Shown: positions 27,360 to 33,311 of the stretch, in pieces | Layout of the letters: each line of letters starts with the position of its first letter | How positions within the stretch are numbered: position 1 is the first letter of the stretch | IMG/VR virus record: IMGVR_UViG_3300025888_000273 | Coordinates: 1-33,311 of that record | Strand: one strand, 5' to 3' | DNA from: a virus | Lineage: Duplodnaviria > Caudoviricetes | Length of the DNA stretch: 33,311 nt | Position numbers and translations under genes: made by a program | The notes under the pieces: model-generated | Seen by the model: the letters and a program-made list of their open reading frames with translations, nothing else | What the model was told of the DNA's origin: nothing | Databases searched by the model: none

Positions 27360-28307
27360 ATGTTAGGTATTCAAAAAAAATTAATAGGTTACAATTTTTC
27401 TAAAAGAAGTTCAAAGGCTCAATATATTGTTATCCATGATGTCGGAGAAAAAGGGTCTACTGCACAGAATAACAAAGATTATTTTGCGGGAGGTGATAGA
27501 CAAGCAAGTGCTGATTTCTTCATAGACTCCAATAATATTATACAGATAATAGATTATACAAAAAATTATAGTTGGGCCATAGGTGATGGTCATGGGGAAT
27601 TTGGCAAAACAAATGCTAATTCTCTTAGCATAGAAATGTGTCTTGAGAACAATGGCCAGCCATCAGAAAAAACAATTCAAAATACTTTAGATTTAGCTAA
27701 GTACTTAATGAAAGAATTAAATATAGGAATAGGTAATGTAGTCAGGCACTATGATTGTTCACATAAAAATTGTCCTGGTTCTTTTAGTGCTAACAACTGG
27801 GCAAAATGGACTAACTTCAAGACTAGATTAGCGTCCACATCAAGTGTTGCTATTCCAACGGATACATTTAGAGTTCGTTTATCTTGGAATAACGAGAAAT
27901 CTCAAATAGGATGTACAAGTGATCTTTATGAAGCAAAAGATATCGCAAATGCTCATGGTGGCTACTCAGTGTATGATTCAAAAGGTAAAAATCTTTATAC
28001 ATTGGCAGGTTCTAAACCACCTGAAACTTATAGAATAAGAAAAAGTTGGGCTGAGGAATCAACACAAATAGGCGATGTATATACAGACTTATATCAAGCT
28101 AAAGATTATGCAAATTTACATGTAGGATACAGTGTATATAATTCAGCAGGTAAGAATTTATATACACTAGCAGTAGCAAATCCAGTAGTATCAACAGATA
28201 CTACATATAGAGTAGTAACAGGCTCATTCTCGGATAAAGCAAATGCAGATAAAAGAGTAGAAGATCTAAAAAAAGTAGGAGTTGATTCTTTTATAATTAC
28301 TAAATAA
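27360..28307 (+). CDS. Endolysin: Amidase_2, two tandem repeats, SPOR-like domain
   Basis: YIVIHD, SWAIGDG, SLSIEMC, VVRHYDCSHKNCPG; two R.SW..QIG..YSVY..GKNLY repeats; YRVVTGSFSDKANA. Confidence 0.92.
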   Translation: MLGIQKKLIGYNFSKRSSKAQYIVIHDVGEKGSTAQNNKDYFAGGDRQASADFFIDSNNIIQIIDYTKNYSWAIGDGHGEFGKTNANSLSIEMCLENNGQPSEKTIQNTLDLAKYLMKELNIGIGNVVRHYDCSHKNCPGSFSANNWAKWTNFKTRLASTSSVAIPTDTFRVRLSWNNEKSQIGCTSDLYEAKDIANAHGGYSVYDSKGKNLYTLAGSKPPETYRIRKSWAEESTQIGDVYTDLYQAKDYANLHVGYSVYNSAGKNLYTLAVANPVVSTDTTYRVVTGSFSDKANADKRVEDLKKVGVDSFIITK

Positions 28308-28333
28308 GAGAGGATGTGATTAATTCCCTATCT

Positions 28334-28358
28334 AAGGTACCTTAATTGGTGCTTTTTT
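28334..28358 (+). terminator. Terminator-like hairpin after endolysin
   Basis: AAGGTACC-TTAATT-GGTGCTTT followed by a T-run. Confidence 0.5.
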
Positions 28359-28391
28359 CTTATTTAAAATAAATTCTTGGAGGAATGTAAA

Positions 28392-28955
28392 ATGTTAAAA
28401 ACAATTTCAAATAGCGTGGTTCTTACTTTATTACTCGTGCTTTTGGTGGTTACAATCGTAATGGTGACCATTATTATAATTTTACCCAAATTAGTGGCTA
28501 AAGGTATTAATGTAGAGAAATCCATCGCAACCGCAAAAGATGCTTTAAATACTTCAGACCAAATACTTAAGGTTGCTGATAAGCTATTACCAAACAACCC
28601 TGCGATAGACATATTGCAAACTATAGAATCTTATGCTAAAAAGGCAGTAGAGGGAGCAGAACAACTCTACTTATCATCCCAGTTGCCTATCGATGAAAGG
28701 CTTATAGAAGCCAATAAAACAATTAATTCCGCTTTAAAAGTACTTGACGTAGAAGTTACACCAGATATACAGGTAGTAATAAACGGAGCAATACAAGCTG
28801 AGGTACTTGCTCTTGGGCATAAAGATTTAACAGAAGCACAAAAACAAGCAGCTGTGACCCAATTACAAACTACAATTGCACAATTAACAGCCAAAAATCA
28901 ACAACTAAGTCAATCCTTCTTACAAATTAAAAATACAGTGAGCACCATTCAATAA
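28392..28955 (+). CDS. Holin (LL-H-like)
   Basis: Long N-terminal hydrophobic segment; AKKAVEGAEQLY, INGAIQAEV; GGAGG RBS before ATG 28392. Confidence 0.75.
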   Translation: MLKTISNSVVLTLLLVLLVVTIVMVTIIIILPKLVAKGINVEKSIATAKDALNTSDQILKVADKLLPNNPAIDILQTIESYAKKAVEGAEQLYLSSQLPIDERLIEANKTINSALKVLDVEVTPDIQVVINGAIQAEVLALGHKDLTEAQKQAAVTQLQTTIAQLTAKNQQLSQSFLQIKNTVSTIQ

Positions 28956-28959
28956 TTTA

Positions 28960-28990
28960 GACCTCAGGGAGAAATCCTTGAGGTTTTTTT
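28960..28990 (+). terminator. Rho-independent terminator ending the lysis module
   Basis: GACCTCAGGGA-GAAA-TCCTTGAGGTT followed by a T-run. Confidence 0.85.
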
Positions 28991-28998
28991 ATTTTTTT

Positions 28999-29025
28999 GA
29001 AGGAAAATAGATATAAATGTAGAAT
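28999..29025 (+). promoter_or_regulatory. Sigma-H-like promoter
   Basis: AGGA (29001) and GAAT (29022) separated by 17 bp, matching the Firmicute sigma-H consensus. Confidence 0.5.
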
Positions 29026-29083
29026 AGTACATTTATATTGGTTATTTATAATGAATAAAAAAGGTTTAAGAAGGAGTTTAATT

Positions 29084-29776
29084 ATGGCTACCTATAAATT
29101 CAATAAAATTTTTATAGAAATTAGATATGGAAATGCATTATTTTTTAATGACATGAATAAATTACAAGTTATAATTGATGAATTAAATTACATATTTCCT
29201 GTGAGTAATTATGATTCAAATCAAAAGGCTTTAGTACTTGCAAATGTAGAAAAACACTATACCCTTAATATTGGTGCTAATAGGCTGATATTAGACATAG
29301 ATAAACCTAATGATTTTGATACTTTTAATGAAATAGCAATTAGTTGTATTAAAAGTATTTCAAAATCATTAAATATAAAGCAGTATTATAGAGTGGGAAT
29401 GAGAAGTATAAGAGGGCTAGAAAAGAAAAATATTGCTGAAGCTAATAACTATGTAAGAAAGAATTTTATTAAAACAAATGATACCGCTTTTAGCGCTTTA
29501 GGGGACAAAATGAATAATTTTGGACTATCTTTTTCTTTTGAAAATAATGGGTATAGAATTATGATGAATATTAAAGCAGCCGAAATGCATACATTGGAAA
29601 TTCAAAATAGTATTGTTAAATCGAATGAACAGATATTTCAAGTACTAGTTGACAGCGATGTTTCCAAAGAAGGACTTTTAAATTCAAATGATATAAATTC
29701 TAGCTTTATTAAAGATGTAATAGAGATTAATGTCGATAAAATTGATGCATTTATTAACACAATGGGCGTATACTAA
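29084..29776 (+). CDS. TIGR04255-like protein
   Basis: IFIEIRY near the N-terminus, central YYRVGMRSI, C-terminal VLVDSDV; about 230 aa; AAGGAG RBS before ATG 29084. Confidence 0.6.
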   Translation: MATYKFNKIFIEIRYGNALFFNDMNKLQVIIDELNYIFPVSNYDSNQKALVLANVEKHYTLNIGANRLILDIDKPNDFDTFNEIAISCIKSISKSLNIKQYYRVGMRSIRGLEKKNIAEANNYVRKNFIKTNDTAFSALGDKMNNFGLSFSFENNGYRIMMNIKAAEMHTLEIQNSIVKSNEQIFQVLVDSDVSKEGLLNSNDINSSFIKDVIEINVDKIDAFINTMGVY

Positions 29777-29777
29777 T

Positions 29778-30566
29778 ATGGAGGATGTATTATTAAAAAA
29801 AGCTATAGATTTGAATGAAAATGAAACCGATGGAAAATTGATTCAATTTCCAACTGTTTCAAACGGTAACAGTAAAATTATTGAAGAACCTGAAATGGAT
29901 AAAATTATTATACAGGTTCCAAAAGGATCTACGGTTAAATTTCAAATAGTAAAGAATGAAGAAAACACTAGTATATCTAATTTGGTGCCTTTAAAAGAAA
30001 TAAAAAATAATGAAAGAATAGTAAAAAATGGATATGCAGAAGAGGCATTTACATCAGATTATGATATAATAGATAGTGATGTGACTATAAATAACATTGA
30101 AAAAACAAAATTAGGAATTCTTATTCAGTGGTATAATGATGCTAAAAAAGAGCTGCAATGTTCATTGGAAAAAAATAATAAACTTGAACAGCAATTATAT
30201 TTATTTAAAGAACAAAAGGAATTAATATTAAAAGAATTATTTGTAGATTATAAAACTAGTGTGGGTGAATTAGATACAGATCTGGTTGCTCAAGGTATTG
30301 AATATATTAAAAAGGAGCGTAATGATATGAAAAATGTTAGAATAAAATTAGATTATCCTATCCCTAATGTCACAATTGTATTTATAATTATATCATCTAT
30401 AATGCTGTCCTTCTTTTTGATGTCATTTGTATTAACAGTATTTAATAATATATATATAATGCATCCGTTTTATAGCTTTTCATCGGCTATTGGTGCTTTA
30501 GGGATTTTGATTACTTCGATTGCGTCAATAAAGGATTGGAGGGGATTTATAAAGAATGTCAAATGA
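29778..30566 (+). CDS. Coiled-coil protein with two C-terminal TM helices
   Basis: ATG 1 nt after the upstream stop; acidic N-terminus, heptad region, two hydrophobic helices. Confidence 0.75.
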   Translation: MEDVLLKKAIDLNENETDGKLIQFPTVSNGNSKIIEEPEMDKIIIQVPKGSTVKFQIVKNEENTSISNLVPLKEIKNNERIVKNGYAEEAFTSDYDIIDSDVTINNIEKTKLGILIQWYNDAKKELQCSLEKNNKLEQQLYLFKEQKELILKELFVDYKTSVGELDTDLVAQGIEYIKKERNDMKNVRIKLDYPIPNVTIVFIIISSIMLSFFLMSFVLTVFNNIYIMHPFYSFSSAIGALGILITSIASIKDWRGFIKNVK

Positions 30567-30936
30567 TGACAATAAGAAATCAGAAATATCTCATCTTATA
30601 ACGTCTGCGTTGGGATTAGAATTTCATACTGACGCAGGTAAATATAATGTTGCATTTACGTTAGGTTTATTTATTATAGCAGTTGCATATGCGTTGGGAG
30701 ATTATATTCAAATTTTTGTATATGCCTTTAAATTTAATGAAAAATACAAAACATTAAGTATATTCGAAACTGCTAAAGTTCCATTGATATGGGGGGCTAT
30801 TTGCTTTGGATATATGGTTTTTATTGCTGATAAAAGAGGAAAAGTTAAAAAAGAAATAAACACAGGAGTTAAAAATGAACCCAAAAAATACATAAATAAA
30901 CCGCCTAATACAAATAATCATCATGTGTCTAAGTAA
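30556..30936 (+). CDS. Two-TM membrane protein
   Basis: Overlaps the upstream stop; GGAGGGG RBS; two hydrophobic helices and a basic tail. Confidence 0.75.
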   Translation: MSNDDNKKSEISHLITSALGLEFHTDAGKYNVAFTLGLFIIAVAYALGDYIQIFVYAFKFNEKYKTLSIFETAKVPLIWGAICFGYMVFIADKRGKVKKEINTGVKNEPKKYINKPPNTNNHHVSK

Positions 30937-30939
30937 CCA

Positions 30940-30980
30940 AAGCATGCCAATATTTCAAATGAAGTATTAGCATGCCTTTT
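30940..30980 (+). terminator. Terminator of the three-gene cassette
   Basis: GCATGCCAATATTTCA/TGAAGTATTAGCATGC stem followed by a T-run. Confidence 0.7.
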
Positions 30981-31050
30981 ATTTTGTATTTCTTTTTTAC
31001 AAAGGAAAACATTACCCCTTCCAATTTCAGTAAAATGTTGTATAATATAA

Positions 31051-31062
31051 GAACATATGTTT
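31051..31062 (+). promoter_or_regulatory. LexA (Cheo/SOS) box
   Basis: GAAC-ATAT-GTTT between TATAAT (31041) and the GGAGGGG RBS. Confidence 0.7.
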
Positions 31063-31075
31063 TGGAGGGGATAGC

Positions 31076-31339
31076 GTGAAAGTTGTAGCAAAGCCTATTG
31101 AAATGGTTGCATGGACTGATACAAAGGGGAATATTAATCCTGTAAGATTTAAGTTGATTAAGAAAGATGAAAGTAGTTCTGTGATTAAAATAGATAAAGT
31201 TATTAGCGTAGATAAGGAAAAATTTGCGGGTAATAATATGTTAGTGTACAAGTGCCAGAGTGTAATTAAAGAAGTGGATAGAATGTATGAACTTAAATAT
31301 GAGCTTGGTACTTGTAAGTGGATATTATTCAAAATTTAA
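31076..31339 (+). CDS. Small beta-rich protein, probably SOS-regulated
   Basis: 87 aa, GTG start with strong RBS; PVRF..YKCQS..YELKYE..CKW; SOS box upstream. Confidence 0.8.
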   Translation: MKVVAKPIEMVAWTDTKGNINPVRFKLIKKDESSSVIKIDKVISVDKEKFAGNNMLVYKCQSVIKEVDRMYELKYELGTCKWILFKI

Positions 31340-31370
31340 GCCTCAGGGAGTAATTTCTTTGAGGTTTTTT
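31340..31370 (+). terminator. Rho-independent terminator, similar to 28960-28990
   Basis: GCCTCAGGGAG-TAAT-TTCTTTGAGGT followed by a T-run. Confidence 0.8.
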
Positions 31371-31713
31371 AATATTTTTTTTGATTATTTTAGTAGTAAG
31401 AAAAGCACTGAAAATTACACCAAATAGCACCACGCATAATAGGCCTATATTGAGAATATGACTATGCCTATACGTTATTTCAAGTAATATGCGTACCGGT
31501 CTAATATATGTAGATAATATATACAAATCCTTTAAGGGAGCCAATTACAACTTTGTCCAATAATTATTTTCCATATAAGATATTACTATTAAAATATATA
31601 GGAGAGAGGGGACGCGGTTTTATCGAAAAGCTTTGCACATAATAAAATACCACCACAAAATCTGACCAAAGAACAATTCCCTGATCATGAAAGAAAAGAT
31701 AAAAAATATAAAT

Positions 31714-31794
31714 AAAAAAATACTGCACTTGGGGGGATACCCAGTGCAGTATTTTTAATAAATATTACATCTAATTAGTTAAAAAGTAGCGTAT
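31714..31794 (-). ncRNA. Candidate sRNA of about 80 nt ending in a bidirectional hairpin
   Basis: AAAATACTGCACT/AGTGCAGTATTTT stem; minus-strand TTGAAT (31829-31824) and TGGTATATAAT upstream. Confidence 0.35.
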
Positions 31795-31923
31795 TTAAAT
31801 TATATACCAACTTTTAAAATTCTATTCAATTTAAATAATAGAAATAATTGGGATATGAAATCTTTTAAATATATCATGAATATTATATCAAATCCCACTT
31901 TTATATTTCTCTCTTTATTACTT

Positions 31924-31951
31924 AGCCTGGCGTAATTGCTAGGTCTTTTTT
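31924..31951 (+). terminator. Terminator-like hairpin
   Basis: GCCTGGC-GTAATT-GCTAGGT followed by a T-run. Confidence 0.55.
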
Positions 31952-32070
31952 ATTTTTTGCTCTAAAGAATAAAAAGGAAAACATTACATCCTGAAATTTC
32001 GATAAAATGCTATATAATTTATATGAAGGTGTCACAAACAAATGATAAAGAAGGTGAGAAAGTAATAACT

Positions 32071-32361
32071 ATGGAGAAATTGTTGACTCAGAAAGATGTA
32101 GCCGAAAGATGGCAATTGTCAGTAAGAGCTGTGGAAGGGTGTAGAAAAGCTGGAACTATAATAGCGGTAAAGGGAGTCCCTGGAATAAGGTTTACTCTCC
32201 AGCATATCGAGGAAATTGAAAGCACTAAAACTGATAGGTTTTCTCCAATCGAAAGAAGAAAGCTTGAAAGAGAAATTGAAAATCTTAAACAAAAATTAGC
32301 CGCTTATGAAGATGCGAGGGCAATTTTATTAAGCGTTACATCTAAAATTATTAATTTATAA
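32071..32361 (+). CDS. MerR/excisionase-like HTH protein with coiled coil
   Basis: LLTQKDVAERWQLSVRAV..GIRF; start at ATG 32071 or 32023. Confidence 0.75.
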   Translation: MEKLLTQKDVAERWQLSVRAVEGCRKAGTIIAVKGVPGIRFTLQHIEEIESTKTDRFSPIERRKLEREIENLKQKLAAYEDARAILLSVTSKIINL

Positions 32362-32454
32362 AGTAGTAAATATATTAGTATAAAGGACGAGGGCAAATTA
32401 GGTGCCGTAGGATAAACAATGTTAGACGTTTTTTAATTTAGGTAGGTGTTGTAA

Positions 32455-32655
32455 ATGGAATTGCTTTATACAGTAAAGGAAACTTCAAAAATTTTAAAAG
32501 TTGGAATCCATAAAGTCTATGATCTTATAGATAATGGGCTGTTAGTTACGTTGAAACTTGGCTCACTTAAAATACCAGCCATTCAGTTGGAAAAGTTTAT
32601 TTCAGATTATACAGGAAAAGATTTAACAGATTTAAAGAACATAAAAGATTTATAG
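32455..32655 (+). CDS. Excisionase-family (HTH_17-like) DNA-binding protein
   Basis: LYTVKETSKILKVGIHKVYDLIDNGLL..LKLGSLKIP. Confidence 0.85.
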   Translation: MELLYTVKETSKILKVGIHKVYDLIDNGLLVTLKLGSLKIPAIQLEKFISDYTGKDLTDLKNIKDL

Positions 32656-32751
32656 TATACAAACTTAAAAATTATACCCATATAAAATGTATTGGGGCTT
32701 ATCCAATGCATTGAATTACAGAATAATAAAGGAGTATTGCAGTATTTAGAG

Positions 32752-32779
32752 AAAGGCACTGGTTAATCCAATGCCTTTT
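32752..32779. terminator. Bidirectional terminator between convergent regulators
   Basis: AAAGGCACTGG/CCAATGCCTTT stem; a related hairpin lies at about 32687-32712. Confidence 0.55.
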
Positions 32780-32797
32780 AATTTTTAACCTTTCTAA

Positions 32798-33040
32798 TTA
32801 AAATAAATCCTTTACTAACAAAACAAGGGCCCATGATCCGGTTTTATATTTTATCAGTTTGCTGGGAGCCACTTTTAAAACCTTGCTTATTTTTATTAGT
32901 AGATCTAATTTAATATCCCATTTATTATTCTCAATCTCGCCTAAATAACTTCTACTTATGCCCACCTTTTCAGCTAGCTCATTTTGAGTCATTCCTTTAG
33001 ATTTTCTAAATTCTTTTATCTTTAGTGTATACATGTCCAT
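32798..33040 (-). CDS. XRE-family HTH regulator
   Basis: IKEFRKSKGMTQNELAEKVGISRSYLGEIENN. Confidence 0.9.
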   Translation of the reverse strand: MDMYTLKIKEFRKSKGMTQNELAEKVGISRSYLGEIENNKWDIKLDLLIKISKVLKVAPSKLIKYKTGSWALVLLVKDLF

Positions 33041-33158
33041 ATTTTAATTATATAAGTGGCTGATACCAATGTATACAAGTAATTTATTCCACTTGGAATC
33101 ACGTGATGGTTCTTGTATGCAAGTACCTTTAAATTTATAATTGTGTTAGGGTGATAAG

Positions 33159-33311
33159 ATGTTGGTACATAGAGAAAAAATAAGCAATTCTATAGAAAAA
33201 GAATTGTACGCAAAATTAAAAAAACTATCTGAGAAAACGAGAGTTCCAATATCAAAATATCTTGATGAAGCTATAGAAGACCTTTTAAAGAAACATCTTG
33301 CTGAAAAGTAG
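33159..33311 (+). CDS. Ribbon-helix-helix protein (50 aa, not in ORF track)
   Basis: REKISNSIEKELYAKLKKLSEKTRVPISKYLDEAIEDLLKK; AGGGTGA RBS; TAG at window end. Confidence 0.85.
   Translation: MLVHREKISNSIEKELYAKLKKLSEKTRVPISKYLDEAIEDLLKKHLAEK

Larger units (their letters stand above)
1..33311 (+). mobile_element. Temperate siphovirus-like prophage, both ends not visible
   Basis: Co-oriented replication, packaging, HK97 head, tail, tape measure and lysis modules in canonical order; no integrase or att site in the window. Confidence 0.95.

Noticed and set aside
27861-28167. Tandem repeats in the endolysin as a novel system
   Set aside because: Repeated cell-wall-binding modules are ordinary in endolysins.
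28997-29777. Longer starts given by the ORF track (28997 and 29730)
   Set aside because: RBS position and translational coupling favour ATG 29084 and ATG 29778.
184-31544. Short ORFs overlapping the main genes (e.g. 1041-1364, 8638-8988, 18655-19113, 31027-31332, and 4280-4471 on +)
   Set aside because: Shadow ORFs opposite well-supported genes, without recognisable motifs.
31620-31715. 31-codon frame (LSKSFAHNKIPPQNLTKEQFPDHERKDKKYK) after a G-rich RBS, as a type I toxin
   Set aside because: No standard start codon (TTA) and the peptide is hydrophilic; at most a remnant.

Overview
AT-rich window holding most of a temperate siphovirus-type prophage of a low-GC Firmicute (Clostridium-like, inferred from protein style and regulatory motifs). 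Almost all genes are on the + strand. Order: replication (ssb, ERCC4-type nuclease, primase-helicase, iteron-rich putative origin), BRO-N protein, ArpU/RinA-type late activator, terminase, portal fused to a MuF-like domain, HK97-type head, neck, tail, baseplate/receptor-binding protein, lysis genes, then right-arm accessory genes and small DNA-binding proteins. No integrase, att site, tRNA, rRNA or CRISPR array was seen. Highlights: (1) the tail receptor-binding protein ends in an SGNH esterase and is followed by a separately promoted, membrane-anchored SGNH esterase with near-identical DNA blocks at a constant 883-bp offset, a candidate 'mirror-the-tail-enzyme' superinfection-exclusion cassette; (2) a BRO-N protein carrying a copy of the primase-helicase C-terminal DNA-binding domain next to the origin; (3) an A10 tract exactly at the portal/MuF junction; (4) a frameshifted DUF2829/Tad2-like anti-defence gene missed by the ORF track; (5) a three-gene TIGR04255-like/membrane cassette bracketed by repeated terminators; (6) short minus-strand promoter-plus-terminator units that look like anti-Shine-Dalgarno sRNAs. 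All family calls come from motifs recognised by eye, not database searches.
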